Source: Deferrisomatales bacterium
GTDB taxonomy: Bacteria; Desulfobacterota; Deferrisomatia; Deferrisomatales; JACRMM01
NCBI GenBank assembly: GCA_033551855.1
Contig: JAWSUI010000014.1
Location: 1 to 64,000, forward strand
Length of the DNA stretch: 64,000 nucleotides
Direction: 5' to 3'
The notes beneath the pieces were generated by a model. It was given only the letters and a program-made list of their open reading frames with translations, was not told the origin of the DNA and did not search any database. Of this stretch, positions 49,255-60,476 are shown piece after piece. A program made the translations under genes and the position numbers. Position 1 is the first letter of the stretch; each line of letters starts with the position of its first letter.

Positions 49255-51345
49255 ATGAGACGCAAGCCGTGGCGCATCCACCTGCTGGCAGCACTGGCCC
49301 TTGCACTCGCGGCCCTGCTCCTCGGTTGCGGGTCGGACACACTCCCGGGGTTAAACAGGGATTTCGAGGAAGACCCGACGTCGGCAGGGCACCCGGCGGC
49401 TCGTGGGTTCGTCGCCAATTTCGACCTGACGGGAGGCATCGTGCCCTCCGCCAACAATCTGCTCTTCAGCGGGTCCCAGGACGGCACCCTCAACATCCCC
49501 ATCCCCGAAGGGGACCCGGCTGCCGCGCTCAAGGCGACCCTCAACGCCCTGGACGGGTTCTCCACGAACGTCCCCGTCACCACGACCTTCAGCGAGGCCG
49601 TCGACCCGGCGAGCCTGACCCCGTCCACCGTGCGGGTCTTCGAGGTCGCCCTGGCCGGCATCGCCGGGGCCGTCACCGGCATCACCCGCGAGTTGGCCTT
49701 CGGCGTCGAGTTCGTCGCCGCCCCCTCCTCCGTGGACCTCACCGGGCGGACCCTGGCGGTGGTTCCCCTGCAGCCGCTCAAACCCAAGACCAGTTATCTG
49801 GTTGCCCTGACCAACGGCATTCGGAGCACCGACGGCCGGTCGGCGATGGCGGCCGATCACTACCTGACGGCGAAGACCGTGCCCCACGACCTCACCGGGT
49901 CGCCGGCGGGCGCCCTGGAGCCGGTGCGCCGTCTGGTGCAGGCCCAGGAGGCGGCGCTGGCAGCGTTCGGCGTGGACCCGGCCCCGGTGGTGCTCAGCTG
50001 GACCCTCACCACCCAGTCGGTGGGCGACGTGCTGGCCCGCGTCCGGCAACTGGCGGAGGGCGCCGTGGCCGTCGCGCCGGGGCCCGCGGCCACGACGGGC
50101 GCCCTGGTTCCGGGCAGCCCCGATGCCGCGCTAATCTATGTTGGGACCCTGACCGCCCCGTACTACCTCGGCGTGCCGTCGCCGGAGGCCCCCACCGCCC
50201 CGCTGACCCGCTTCTGGCTCCCCTCCGCGCCCGACTTCGGCGAGCACCTGACCGGCCTGAACGCCGCGGTGGGGCCCGAGAAGGTGGCGGATCAGACCAT
50301 GCCGCTCCTCCTGACGATCCCCCGCTCGGACAAGCCGCAGGGGGGGTGGCCGGTGGTCGTCTTCCAGCACGGGATCACGAGCAACCGAACCGCCTTGCTC
50401 GGCATCGCCGACGCCCTGGCACTGGCGGGCTTTGCCGCGGTGGCCGTCGACCTGCCGCTGCACGGGCTACCGGCGGGGCACCCATTGCGTCTTCCCGGGG
50501 TGGCGGAACGAACGTTCGACCTGGACCTGGTCAACAACGAGACGGGGGCACCGGGACCCGATGGTGTGCCCGACGATTCCGGCACGCACTTCATCAACCT
50601 CTCGAGTCTCTTGACGATGCGCGACAACCTGCGCCAGGGCGTCGCAGATCTCTTCGCCCTCACCCAAGCCCTGGAGACCCTCGACTACGACGGCGGCGGG
50701 GCGGACCTCGACCCGTCCGAGGCCTACTTCCTGGGCCATTCCCTGGGAGCCATCGTGGGCACCCCCCTGCTCGCACTCGAACCCGGGCTCCGAGCCGCCG
50801 TCCTGGGGATGGCCGGCGGCGGCATCGCGAAGCTCCTGGACGGCTCCGCCACCATCGGGCCGAGGCTCGCGGCGGGGCTGGCCGCCAACGGAATCCTCAA
50901 GGGGACGGCCGATTACGAGAGCTTCTTCGGGGTGGCGCAGACGGCCTTGGACCCGGCGGACCCCCTGAACTACGCGACCTCCGCCGTCACGGGCCGCGGT
51001 GTGCTCCTCTACGAGGTGCTGGGGGATCTCGTGGTCCCGAACAACGTCCTCCCCAGCAATCCGGTGCTGGCTCCCGGCACGGTTCCCGCGGTCCTGGCCG
51101 GCACGGAGCCCCTGATCCGCGCCATGAGCCTGGCGCAGGTGAGCGAGACCACACCGGCCGAAGGTCTGAGCCCGGCTCCCCTGCGCGCCTGGGTCGGCTT
51201 CACCGCCGGGGACCACGCCTCCCTGCTGAGCCCGGCGGCCAGCCTGGCCGCCACCCAGGTGATGCAGGCGGCGGCGGCCACCTTCCTCGCCACGGACGGC
51301 GGCCGCATCGTGATCGCCGATGAGACGGTGGTCCTGGGACCCTGA
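49255..51345 (+). CDS. Lipoprotein lipase, Pla-1/Cef/VolA-like alpha/beta hydrolase
   Basis: Lipobox LLGC, LNALDGFST N-domain, WPVVVFQHGIT, DLPLHG, RDNLRQ, nucleophile GHSLG, GDHASLL. Confidence 0.85.
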   Translation: MRRKPWRIHLLAALALALAALLLGCGSDTLPGLNRDFEEDPTSAGHPAARGFVANFDLTGGIVPSANNLLFSGSQDGTLNIPIPEGDPAAALKATLNALDGFSTNVPVTTTFSEAVDPASLTPSTVRVFEVALAGIAGAVTGITRELAFGVEFVAAPSSVDLTGRTLAVVPLQPLKPKTSYLVALTNGIRSTDGRSAMAADHYLTAKTVPHDLTGSPAGALEPVRRLVQAQEAALAAFGVDPAPVVLSWTLTTQSVGDVLARVRQLAEGAVAVAPGPAATTGALVPGSPDAALIYVGTLTAPYYLGVPSPEAPTAPLTRFWLPSAPDFGEHLTGLNAAVGPEKVADQTMPLLLTIPRSDKPQGGWPVVVFQHGITSNRTALLGIADALALAGFAAVAVDLPLHGLPAGHPLRLPGVAERTFDLDLVNNETGAPGPDGVPDDSGTHFINLSSLLTMRDNLRQGVADLFALTQALETLDYDGGGADLDPSEAYFLGHSLGAIVGTPLLALEPGLRAAVLGMAGGGIAKLLDGSATIGPRLAAGLAANGILKGTADYESFFGVAQTALDPADPLNYATSAVTGRGVLLYEVLGDLVVPNNVLPSNPVLAPGTVPAVLAGTEPLIRAMSLAQVSETTPAEGLSPAPLRAWVGFTAGDHASLLSPAASLAATQVMQAAAATFLATDGGRIVIADETVVLGP

Positions 51346-51507
51346 GGAAGGGCCGAGAATGCGGCCGGGAGGGAGATACCGGGGCCGGGGGGCGTGCTCG
51401 GCGCACCCGAGACAGCGCCGCCGGACACCTGCAAGGCCTCCCGTCCCGCCCGGCCGGTGGTCCCGTCGCGAAACCTTCACAACTCTCTCACGCCACGGGG
51501 AGCTCCC

Positions 51508-53520
51508 ATGAAAAAGACGGCGCACGAGATCGCACGCCAGCGCGTACCGGCCCGGGGTCTGGTGGCCCTCGCCGCATCCCTGCTGCTCCTCCTGCCCACG
51601 GCTGGCGGGGCCTTCCAGCTGTACGACGGGGACTACTTCCAGGTCCGACTGGACACGACCCTCTCCTACGGCGTGATGTGGCGGGTCCAGAAGCGGGACA
51701 AGGACCTCATCGGAATCGAAAACGGGGGGAGGGCCTTCTCCCTCAATGGGGACGACGGCAACCTGAACTACGACCGCGGCGTCGTGAGCAATCTCGGCCG
51801 GATCACCTCGGAGCTCGAGATCCGAGGGCGGGACGTCGGTGCCTTCTTCCGGGGAACCGCCTTCTACGACTATGAGAACATGCGGCGGGACCGAGCCCGC
51901 ACGAGCCTCTCGGACGATGCCAAGGAGCTCGTGGGCAAGGACATCGACCTGCTGGATGCCTACGTCTGGGGCAGGGTGAACCTCGGAACCCGACCGGCCC
52001 AACTCCGCGTGGGCGAACAGGTGGTGAGCTGGGGCGAGAGCACCTTCATCCAGAACAGCATCAACGTGCTGAACCCGATCAACGTGGCCGCCCTCCGGCA
52101 GCCCGGTTCCGAGCTGAAGGAGGCCCTCGTGCCGGAGGGCATGGTCTGGGGCTCCCTGGGCCTGAGCCGCAACCTGAGCCTCGAGGCCGTGTACCTCTAC
52201 GACTGGGAGCCGGTGGAGATCGACCCGGTCGGCTCCTACTTCAGCACCTCCGACATCGTGGGCGCCGGCGGCAAGAAGGTGATGCTCGGCTTCGGGGCCT
52301 TTGCGGACGGCGGCAACGCCGAAGCGGCGGACGTGTTCCAGGCCGTGCCCCGGGGCTCGACCCGCGACGCCAGGGACCAGGGCCAGTACGGCGCAGCCCT
52401 TCGGGTGTTCGCCCCGGGGCTCAACGACACCGAATTCGGGTTCTTCTACATCAACTACCACAGCCGCCTGCCGGTGATCAGCTCCCGTACGGGCACCCTG
52501 GCCGGGGTGGCCGGTGCTGGCGCCATCGGGTCCACCTCCGGACCCCTCGTGGCGCAGACCGTCGGGGCGCAGCTGGTCGGCGGCGCGACGCCGGAAGCGG
52601 CCGTGGAGGCCGGGATCGCCGCCGGTACGGGGGCGGGAATGACGCAGGACCAGGCGGCGTTCGTGGCAGGCGTCACCGCCAATCAGATCGAGGGGTTCAC
52701 CGTCCCGGCGGCGATATCGGCCGCCGCCACCGACGCCTATGCCAAGACCGCCCACTACTTCACGGAGTACCCGGAGGACATCAAGCTCTTCGGCGTCAGC
52801 TTCAACACCCTTCTCCGGAACACGGGGATCGCCCTCCAGGGCGAGATCTCCCACCGCCGGGACGTGCCGCTCCAGGTGGACGACCTGGAACTCCTCTTCG
52901 CCACCCTCGGCACCCTCAACGCGGACCTCGCCGACAAGAACCAGCTCGAGAACACGTACATGAAGCTGGAGCACGAGCTCTCGGGCTACATCCTGCGCAA
53001 CATGACCCAGGTCCAGGTCACGGGCACCAAGGTCTTCGGGCCGGGTTTTCTGTGGACCGACCAGTCCGTGCTGCTGGGAGAAGTCGGCTACACGCGGGTC
53101 CACAACATGCCCGACAAGAGCGACCTGCGGCTCGAGGCGCCCGGCACCTTCATCAGCGGCAACGAGGATCTGGCCTACACCCACGGCAAGTATGCCGCGG
53201 GCCTGGTCGAGCCGGCCTCGGCCTTCGCCGACGCCAACTCCTGGGGTTACCGACTCGTCTATCGGCTGGACTTCAACAACGCGGTGGGCGCGGTCAACCT
53301 CTCGCCCCGCGTGGCCTGGGCCCACGACGTGAGAGGGAACACCCCGGGGCCGGGGGGGAACTTCCTGGAGGGACGCCGGGCGGCGACCCTGGGCATCGGC
53401 GCCACGTACCAGAGCTCCTGGTCCGGGGACCTGAGCTACACGAACTTCTTCGGGGCCGGGCGGCAGAACCTCATCAACGACCGCGACTTCGTCGCGCTCA
53501 ACATCAAGTACTCGTTCTGA
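51508..53520 (+). CDS. DUF1302 family outer-membrane protein
   Basis: Signal peptide, DTTLSYG, NGDDGNLNY, LLDAYV, GEQVVSWGESTFI, YPEDIKLFG.SF, DRDFV, terminal YSF. Confidence 0.9.
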   Translation: MKKTAHEIARQRVPARGLVALAASLLLLLPTAGGAFQLYDGDYFQVRLDTTLSYGVMWRVQKRDKDLIGIENGGRAFSLNGDDGNLNYDRGVVSNLGRITSELEIRGRDVGAFFRGTAFYDYENMRRDRARTSLSDDAKELVGKDIDLLDAYVWGRVNLGTRPAQLRVGEQVVSWGESTFIQNSINVLNPINVAALRQPGSELKEALVPEGMVWGSLGLSRNLSLEAVYLYDWEPVEIDPVGSYFSTSDIVGAGGKKVMLGFGAFADGGNAEAADVFQAVPRGSTRDARDQGQYGAALRVFAPGLNDTEFGFFYINYHSRLPVISSRTGTLAGVAGAGAIGSTSGPLVAQTVGAQLVGGATPEAAVEAGIAAGTGAGMTQDQAAFVAGVTANQIEGFTVPAAISAAATDAYAKTAHYFTEYPEDIKLFGVSFNTLLRNTGIALQGEISHRRDVPLQVDDLELLFATLGTLNADLADKNQLENTYMKLEHELSGYILRNMTQVQVTGTKVFGPGFLWTDQSVLLGEVGYTRVHNMPDKSDLRLEAPGTFISGNEDLAYTHGKYAAGLVEPASAFADANSWGYRLVYRLDFNNAVGAVNLSPRVAWAHDVRGNTPGPGGNFLEGRRAATLGIGATYQSSWSGDLSYTNFFGAGRQNLINDRDFVALNIKYSF

Positions 53521-53530
53521 GAGACGGGAG

Positions 53531-54907
53531 ATGATCGCCATGTGCACGAAGGCAATCGCGATGAGCATCGGCGCCCTGTGCCTCGCCCTCACGGTGACGG
53601 CAGGCGCGGCGTGGGCAAAGGCCACCTCGGAAGAGATCGCCCGCCTCGGCGCCGACCTCACCCCCTTGGGAGCAGAGAAGGCCGGCAACCAGGACGGGAC
53701 CATCCCCCCCTGGGAAGGCGGCATCACGGTGCCGCCCTCCGGCTACAAGCCGGGCATGCACCACCCGGACCCCTACCCGGACGACGAGATCCTGTTCACG
53801 ATCACGGCCGCCAACATGGATCAGTACGCGGACAGGCTCGCGGCCGGGCACCAGGCCATGCTCCAGGCCTACGATTCGTTCAGGCTCCACGTGTACCCCA
53901 CCCGCAGGAGCGCCTCGGCGCCTCAGCGCATCTACGACATGACGCGCCGGATCGCGGCCACGGCCGAGCTCGTCGACGGCGGAAACGGCGTCACGGGGGC
54001 GGTGAACGGGATCCCCTTCCCCATCCCCAGGACCGGGATCGAGGTCATCTGGAACCATCTCCTGCGGTACCGGGGCGACACCGTGGCGCGCTACGTCGCC
54101 CAGGCCGCGCCGACCCGCGGAGGGTCCTACACGCTGGTGCGGTTCGAAGACGAGTCGATGATCGTGTACAGCCACGAGGGGATGACCGAGGAGTCCCTCC
54201 AGAACAAGATCCTCTACTTCAAGCAGATCGTCACCGCCCCGGCGCGGCTCGCGGGGGACATGCTCCTCGTCCACGAGACCTTGGACCAGGTCAAGGAGCC
54301 CCGCAGCGCCTGGATCTACAACCCCGGCCAGCGCCGCGTGCGCCGGGCGCCGAACGTCGCCTACGACAACCCGGGAACGGCCTCCGACGGCATGCGCACC
54401 ACCGACCAGTTCGACATGTTCAGCGGCGCCACGGACCGGTACGACTGGGAGCTGGTCGGCAAGCGGGAGATCTACGTCCCCTACAACTCCTACAAGCTCC
54501 ACAGCGACCAGCTCAGGTACAGGGACATCCTGACGCCCCTCCACGTCAACCCGGAGCACCTGCGCTACGAGCTCCACCGGGTGTGGGTGGTGGAGGCCAA
54601 GGTGAAGGAAGGCTCCCGCCACATCTACAAGCGCCGCACGTTCTACGTGGACGAGGACAGCTGGCAGATCCTGCTGGCGGACCAGTACGACAACCGCGAC
54701 CAGCTCTGGCGGGTTTCCGAGGGCCACGTCATCAACTACTACGACCTGCCGGCCCTGTGGACGACCCTGGAAGTCCACACCGACCTGCAGGCCGGGCGCT
54801 ACCTGGCCATCGGCCTCGACAACGAGAGCCGCATGTACGACACCACCATCCGGCGGACCCTGGAGGACTACACGCCGGCGGCCCTGCGGGCGGAGGGCAC
54901 CCGCTGA
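53531..54907 (+). CDS. DUF1329 family periplasmic protein
   Basis: LTPLGAEKAGN.DGTIPPW.GG, PFPIP, AWIYNPGQRRVRRAP, RYELHRVWVVEA, FYVDEDSW. Confidence 0.92.
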   Translation: MIAMCTKAIAMSIGALCLALTVTAGAAWAKATSEEIARLGADLTPLGAEKAGNQDGTIPPWEGGITVPPSGYKPGMHHPDPYPDDEILFTITAANMDQYADRLAAGHQAMLQAYDSFRLHVYPTRRSASAPQRIYDMTRRIAATAELVDGGNGVTGAVNGIPFPIPRTGIEVIWNHLLRYRGDTVARYVAQAAPTRGGSYTLVRFEDESMIVYSHEGMTEESLQNKILYFKQIVTAPARLAGDMLLVHETLDQVKEPRSAWIYNPGQRRVRRAPNVAYDNPGTASDGMRTTDQFDMFSGATDRYDWELVGKREIYVPYNSYKLHSDQLRYRDILTPLHVNPEHLRYELHRVWVVEAKVKEGSRHIYKRRTFYVDEDSWQILLADQYDNRDQLWRVSEGHVINYYDLPALWTTLEVHTDLQAGRYLAIGLDNESRMYDTTIRRTLEDYTPAALRAEGTR

Positions 54908-54930
54908 GGCTCGCGGCTGCGCCGGCATCG

Positions 54931-55887
54931 ATGCAGGGGCGAGCCCTCACCTTGGCCGTCGTCGGAGGATGGGCCGCGCTGTGCCTCGTCGCCGGATCTG
55001 CCTCCGCGGGCACCCCGGCCTCCCCGCGCCCGTCCGTCCCGGCCCGACTGGCTGCCCAGTCCCTCCTCCTGGACGTGTCGAGCTCCGGGGAGCTCCTTGC
55101 GGCCGTGGGAAAGCGGGGGCACATCCTCCTGTCCCGGGACGGGGGCCGCTCGTGGTTGCAGGCAGACGTACCGGTGCAGGCCCTCCTGACCGGAATCCAC
55201 CTCCTCGACGACCAGTCCGGGTGGGCCGTTGGCCACGACGGGGTCCTCCTGCATACCGCCGACGGGGGCCGGACGTGGGAGCTCCGACGGTGGGCCCCGG
55301 AAGAGGAGAAGCCCCTGCTGGACGTGTGGTTCCAGGACCAGGAACGGGGCTTCGCCGTGGGCGCCTACGGCCTCCTCCTCATGACGACCGACGGCGGTGC
55401 GACGTGGTCTGAACAGCCGGTCGCGGACGACGAGTGGCACCTCAACCACGTGGCGGGATCCAGTACGGGGCGGATCTACGTCGCCGCCGAGGCAGGGCAC
55501 ATCTTCCGTTCGGACGACGGGGGGGAAACCTGGCGACCGCTGCCCTCCCCCTATGAGGGTTCTTTTTTCGGAACCCTGCCCCTCGAGGGCGACGAGTTAC
55601 TCCTGTTTGGCTTACGGGGCCACCTCTTCCGCTCCCCGGACGCGGGGGAGTCCTGGGAGGAGGTCGAGAGCGGCACGGAGGCGAGCCTGACCTCCGGCCT
55701 GCTGCTCCGGGACGGTAGCGTTCGGGTCGCCGGCCTCGAGGGAATCGTGCTCGAGGGCCCCGACGGCGCCCCCCCCTTCACCCTCCGCCGGCACGAGGAC
55801 CGCAAGGGCATCTCGGCCCTGGCGGAAGCCCCCGACGGCAGTGTGATTGCCGTGGGGGAGCTCGGGGTGCGGATCCTCGAGCGGTAG
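54931..55887 (+). CDS. YCF48/BNR-repeat beta-propeller protein
   Basis: Repeated S.DGG.(S/T)W Asp-box motifs, AVGHDG, PYEGSFFG, FGLRG; signal peptide. Confidence 0.88.
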   Translation: MQGRALTLAVVGGWAALCLVAGSASAGTPASPRPSVPARLAAQSLLLDVSSSGELLAAVGKRGHILLSRDGGRSWLQADVPVQALLTGIHLLDDQSGWAVGHDGVLLHTADGGRTWELRRWAPEEEKPLLDVWFQDQERGFAVGAYGLLLMTTDGGATWSEQPVADDEWHLNHVAGSSTGRIYVAAEAGHIFRSDDGGETWRPLPSPYEGSFFGTLPLEGDELLLFGLRGHLFRSPDAGESWEEVESGTEASLTSGLLLRDGSVRVAGLEGIVLEGPDGAPPFTLRRHEDRKGISALAEAPDGSVIAVGELGVRILER

Positions 55888-55954
55888 GGATACCCTTCCC
55901 CCCGGGGGCCCATCACGAAGAAGCGAAGAAGGCTTCGGCAGGAGAGGGACAGGA

Positions 55955-58288
55955 ATGAGTTTCTCCTCGGTGGTCCCTTTGCTGGAGCGCCTCGTGTTTC
56001 GGCGCAGACCACTGGTCATCGGGCTGTTTGCCGTCGTCACGGCCTTCATGGCCGTGTCCGCCACCAACTTGCGGGTCGATGCCGGGTTCGAGAAGCTCCT
56101 GCCGCTCCAGCACGAGTACATGCAGACCTTCACCCAGTATCGGGACGAATTCGGGGGCGCCAACCGCGTGCTCATCGCGCTCATGGCGAAAGACGGGGAC
56201 ATCTACACCCCCGAGTTCTTCGAGGTGCTCAAGGACGCCACGGACGAGGTATTCTTCATCCCCGGCGTCGACCGGACCCGGGTCAGCTCCCTGTTCACGC
56301 CGAACGTGCGGTTCACCGAGGTGGTGGAGGACGGCATCTCCGGGGGCAACGTGGTGCCCGACGACTTCCGCAACACCGCGGAGGACCTGGAGCAGGTGCG
56401 GCAGAACGTGCTCAAGTCGAGCTACGTGGGCCGCCTCGTCGCGAACGACTTCACCGGGGCCATCATCAGCGCGGAGCTGCTGGAGATCGACCCCAACACA
56501 GGGGAGAAGCTCGACTACCTCGGTGTCGCGGCCCTGCTGGAGGAGAACATCCGCCAGCGCTTCGAGAGCGACGCCGTCGACGTGCACATCATCGGGTTCG
56601 CCAAGGTGATCGGAGACATCACGGCCGGCGCCCGGAGGGTGGTGCTCTTCTTCGCCATCACCTTCGCCATCACGGCCCTGCTGGTCTACGTGTACGCCAT
56701 GCGGCCGAAGCTCGCGGTCCTGCCCCTGATCTGCTCGGTGGTGGCGGTGGTGTGGCAGCTCGGGCTCCTGCCGCTCCTGGGCTACGGCATGGACCCCATG
56801 GGCATCCTGGTGCCCTTCCTGGTCTTCGCCATCGGGGTGAGCCACGGGGTCCAGATGGTGAGCGCCAACGGCGCCGAGGTCTTCGACGGGGCCGACGGTT
56901 TCACGGCGGCAAGGAACAGCTTTCGCCGGCTCCTGATCCCCGGGGGCATCGCGCTGGCCAGCGACACCATCGGCTTCATCACGATCCGCCTCATCGACAT
57001 CCAGGTCATCCAGGACATGGCGGTGACGGCCAGCCTCGGGGTGGGCTCCATCATCCTGACCAACCTGGTGCTCCTGCCGGTCCTTTTGAGCTACGTGACC
57101 TACGACGACGCCTTCCGGGAGAAGATGCACCGGCGCTCCGATCGGGTGAACCGGGGCTGGAGGAAGATGGCGTTTCTCACCGAACGCAGGCCGGCGGCGT
57201 GGATCCTCGCGGGCGCAGCGGCTCTCTTCGCCTTCGGCGCGTGGAAGGGATCGGACGTCAAGATCGGGGACCTTCACCGGGGGGTGCCCGAGCTGCGCGC
57301 GGACTCCCGCTACAACCGCGACAGCGAGGTCATCAGCGAGCGGTTCTCCATCGGTGTGGACATCCTGACCGTGATCGTGGAGACCGTGCCCGAAGGGTGC
57401 GTCGACTACGAGATCATGACCACCGTCGATCGTTTCGAGTGGCACATGCGAAACGTCGAGGGGGTACAGTCGGTGGTGGGGCTGCCGGGCATCGCCAAGG
57501 TCATCACCTCTGGCTGGAACGAGGGAAGCCTCAAGTGGCGGGAGCTTTCCCGAAACCAGCTCGTGCTGGTCCAGTCCGTGACCTACGTGCCCACCTCGAG
57601 CGGCCTCCTGAACGCCGACTGCAGCGTACTTCCCGTGCTCGTATTCACGGAGGATCACAAGGCGGAGACCATCGACCGGGTGGTGGACGCGGTCAAGGGG
57701 TTCCAGGCGGCCTCTGGATCCGACCGGCTGAACTTTCGCTTGGCGGCAAGCAACGTGGGGGTCATGGCGGCCACGAACGAGGAGGTGAAGGCTTCCCAGT
57801 TCCCGATCCTCCTCTACGTCTTCGGCGCGGTCGTGGCCCTTTGCCTGGTCACCTTCCGCTCGGTGCGGGGAACCCTGTGCATCGTGGTCCCCCTGGGCCT
57901 GGTCTCACTTCTCGCCTACGCCCTCATGGCAGCCCTGGAGATTGGCCTGAAGGTCTCCACCCTCCCGGTGGTGGCGCTGGGGGTCGGGGTCGGGGTGGAC
58001 TACGGGATCTACATCTACAGCCGCTTCCGAGGATTGTTGGAGCAGGGCCTGCCCATCGGGGAGGCCTACTTCACCACCCTGCGCCGCACCGGGAACGGGG
58101 TGGTGTTCACCGGAGCCACCCTGGCCATCGGGGTGGCCACCTGGATCTTCTCTCCCCTGAAGTTCCAGGCGGACATGGGGATTCTCCTCACCTTCATGTT
58201 CCTTCTGAACATGCTGGGTGCCATCATCCTCTTGCCGGCCCTGGCGACCTGGCTCCTCCCGGAGGGGCGGGGGGATGCCGGAGGCTAG
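55955..58288 (+). CDS. RND/MMPL family transporter
   Basis: Two repeated halves, FGGAN, FLVFAIGVSHGVQ, LGVGVGVDYGIY, LKFQADMG. Confidence 0.9.
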   Translation: MSFSSVVPLLERLVFRRRPLVIGLFAVVTAFMAVSATNLRVDAGFEKLLPLQHEYMQTFTQYRDEFGGANRVLIALMAKDGDIYTPEFFEVLKDATDEVFFIPGVDRTRVSSLFTPNVRFTEVVEDGISGGNVVPDDFRNTAEDLEQVRQNVLKSSYVGRLVANDFTGAIISAELLEIDPNTGEKLDYLGVAALLEENIRQRFESDAVDVHIIGFAKVIGDITAGARRVVLFFAITFAITALLVYVYAMRPKLAVLPLICSVVAVVWQLGLLPLLGYGMDPMGILVPFLVFAIGVSHGVQMVSANGAEVFDGADGFTAARNSFRRLLIPGGIALASDTIGFITIRLIDIQVIQDMAVTASLGVGSIILTNLVLLPVLLSYVTYDDAFREKMHRRSDRVNRGWRKMAFLTERRPAAWILAGAAALFAFGAWKGSDVKIGDLHRGVPELRADSRYNRDSEVISERFSIGVDILTVIVETVPEGCVDYEIMTTVDRFEWHMRNVEGVQSVVGLPGIAKVITSGWNEGSLKWRELSRNQLVLVQSVTYVPTSSGLLNADCSVLPVLVFTEDHKAETIDRVVDAVKGFQAASGSDRLNFRLAASNVGVMAATNEEVKASQFPILLYVFGAVVALCLVTFRSVRGTLCIVVPLGLVSLLAYALMAALEIGLKVSTLPVVALGVGVGVDYGIYIYSRFRGLLEQGLPIGEAYFTTLRRTGNGVVFTGATLAIGVATWIFSPLKFQADMGILLTFMFLLNMLGAIILLPALATWLLPEGRGDAGG

Positions 58289-58586
58289 TGCCTCAGACCA
58301 CAGGTCCGAGTGATTTCGAGGGCGCCCCTGGGCACGGGCTGCAAGGCGCGACTCGCATCGACCGAGGCGCACAAACCGATCGGGATCGGTGCCGCTCGGC
58401 GCACCCGGTCCCCTGGCGGGCACCGTTTCGAACCGCCGCGGATTTCGCGGCGAGACGCAAGGGCTCCCCGACCCCGCTCCCCGCCGAGACGAGGGAGCCT
58501 GGGTCCTGCCGTCGCGTTGACCTGCGGCGATTCGGTGTGGTACCTAAGGCGCGCCCGCTCGCGGGCCCTCCGGAGGAACCCTCATC

Positions 58587-60476
58587 TTGCCCGTGACGCC
58601 CTCTGCCAAACCCAAGACCGAACCCCTGACCGGCGTCGAGGCCTGTGCCCGCGGCGCCGTGGAGGCCGGGGCGCGGCTCGCCGTCGGGTACCCGGGGACC
58701 CCCGCCACCCCTGCCATGGAGTACTTGCTGACCCGGGCCCCGCAGGAGATGCGGGTCGAGTGGGCCGTGAACGAGAAGGTGGCCCTGGAGATCGCCGCAG
58801 GTCATAGCTGGGCCGGCCAGCGCTCCTTCGTGGCCATGAAGATGTCGGGGCTGAACGTCGCCTCCGACGCCCTCCTCTCCGTGGCGACCTCCGGCACCCG
58901 GGGGGGGCTCGTCCTCTACGTGGGCGACGACCCGGGGATGTACTACGGCATGGTGGAGCAGGACTCGCGCCTGTGGGCACGCCTGGCCAAGCTCCCCCTG
59001 GTGGAGGCGGGGACGCCGCAGGAGGCCAAGGACCTGACCCGTGCGGCCTTCGAGGTCTCGGAAGCGGCCGAGACCCCGATCCTGGTGCGGGGGACGAGCA
59101 CGACGGCCAACACCCTCGCCGGCGTGACCCTCGGGAGCCCGCAGAGAGACCACCGGCAGAGCAGCGTTCCCTTCGACCTCGACCGGTACACCAAGGCGGG
59201 AGCGGCCCGCTGCCTCCGGCAGCACGCGGACACCCTGCGGCGGCTGGAGCGGGCCGGCCAGCTTCTGGCGTCCTGGAACAGCCTGACCCTTTCCGGCTCG
59301 GACCTGGGGATCGTCGCCACGGCCTCCGTGTGGGGCTACGTGGCAGAGAACCTGGGCCTCTTTCCCGAGAAGCCGAGCCATCTCCGGGTCGCGGTCCTGA
59401 ACCCTCTGCCCGACGCGGAGATCCTCCGGCTCCTGGAGCACTGTGCCCGGGTGCTCGTCGTGGAGGAGTTGGAGCCCTACCTGGAAGAGCGGGTCCGCGC
59501 CCTGGCCTCTACCCTTCCCCGACCACCGACCATCCTGGGGAAGAGGGAGCACCTCCTTCCGCAGGTGGGTGACCTGGACCCCGATCTGGTCGCGTCGGCC
59601 CTCGCCGCACTGGCGGGAAGGGAGACCCCGGCCCCCCCGCGCCAGCCGGAGCCCCCTCCGCCTGGCCCGACGTGGGCGCCGCGGCAGCTCACCTTCTGTC
59701 CCGGCTGCCCCCACCGCTCCACCTACTTCGCCCTGCAGCAGGCCATCCGACGGGCCGGCTTCTCCCCGGACGAGGTCGTGGTCGCCGGTGACATAGGGTG
59801 CACCATCTTGGGGATGAACCCCCCCCACCGGCTCTGCCGCACGGAGGTGGCCATGGGCTCGAGCATTGCCTTGGCCCAGGGCTTCACCTATGCCGGCATC
59901 GACCGACCCGTGGTGGCGGCCATCGGCGACAGCACGTTCTTCCACGCCGGAATCCCGGCCTTGCTCAACGCCTCCGCGCAGCGGGTCAACCTGACGGTGC
60001 TGGTGCTCGACAACAGCTATGCGGCCATGACGGGCTACCAGCCGTCCCCGGGCAATTTTCGTGCGGAGGCCGGGGCGGTGGCGAATCCCCTGAGCATCGA
60101 GGAGCTGGCGCGGGCAGCCCGGGTCCGTCGCGTGCGCAAGGCTCTGCCCTACTTCACCCGAAGGCTCACCCGGATCCTGTCCCAGGCCCTCGGATCGCCC
60201 GGAGTGAACGTGGTCATCGCCGAGGCCCCCTGCGTGGCGCGCCTGCCCCGGCGCAACGTGGTGCCCTACCGCGTCCGGCCGGAGCGCTGCACGGGACTGG
60301 AGGGGTGCGCGCCGAGCTGCCTCGAGTCGGTGGGGTGCCCCGCGATGGACTTGGACGAGACCACGGGCCGAGTGGCCATCGACTCCGCCCGCTGCCTCGG
60401 GTGCGGCCTGTGCGCCGCCGCGTGCCCGCAACGAGCCATCCGCCGCAATCTCAAGGCCAGGAGGCGCGCCCGGTGA
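58587..60476 (+). CDS. iorA: Indolepyruvate:ferredoxin oxidoreductase alpha subunit
   Basis: GYPGTP, NEKVALE, EQDSR, FCPGCPHR, GDIGC, IGDSTFFHAG, C-terminal ferredoxin cysteines. Confidence 0.9.
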   Translation: MPVTPSAKPKTEPLTGVEACARGAVEAGARLAVGYPGTPATPAMEYLLTRAPQEMRVEWAVNEKVALEIAAGHSWAGQRSFVAMKMSGLNVASDALLSVATSGTRGGLVLYVGDDPGMYYGMVEQDSRLWARLAKLPLVEAGTPQEAKDLTRAAFEVSEAAETPILVRGTSTTANTLAGVTLGSPQRDHRQSSVPFDLDRYTKAGAARCLRQHADTLRRLERAGQLLASWNSLTLSGSDLGIVATASVWGYVAENLGLFPEKPSHLRVAVLNPLPDAEILRLLEHCARVLVVEELEPYLEERVRALASTLPRPPTILGKREHLLPQVGDLDPDLVASALAALAGRETPAPPRQPEPPPPGPTWAPRQLTFCPGCPHRSTYFALQQAIRRAGFSPDEVVVAGDIGCTILGMNPPHRLCRTEVAMGSSIALAQGFTYAGIDRPVVAAIGDSTFFHAGIPALLNASAQRVNLTVLVLDNSYAAMTGYQPSPGNFRAEAGAVANPLSIEELARAARVRRVRKALPYFTRRLTRILSQALGSPGVNVVIAEAPCVARLPRRNVVPYRVRPERCTGLEGCAPSCLESVGCPAMDLDETTGRVAIDSARCLGCGLCAAACPQRAIRRNLKARRRAR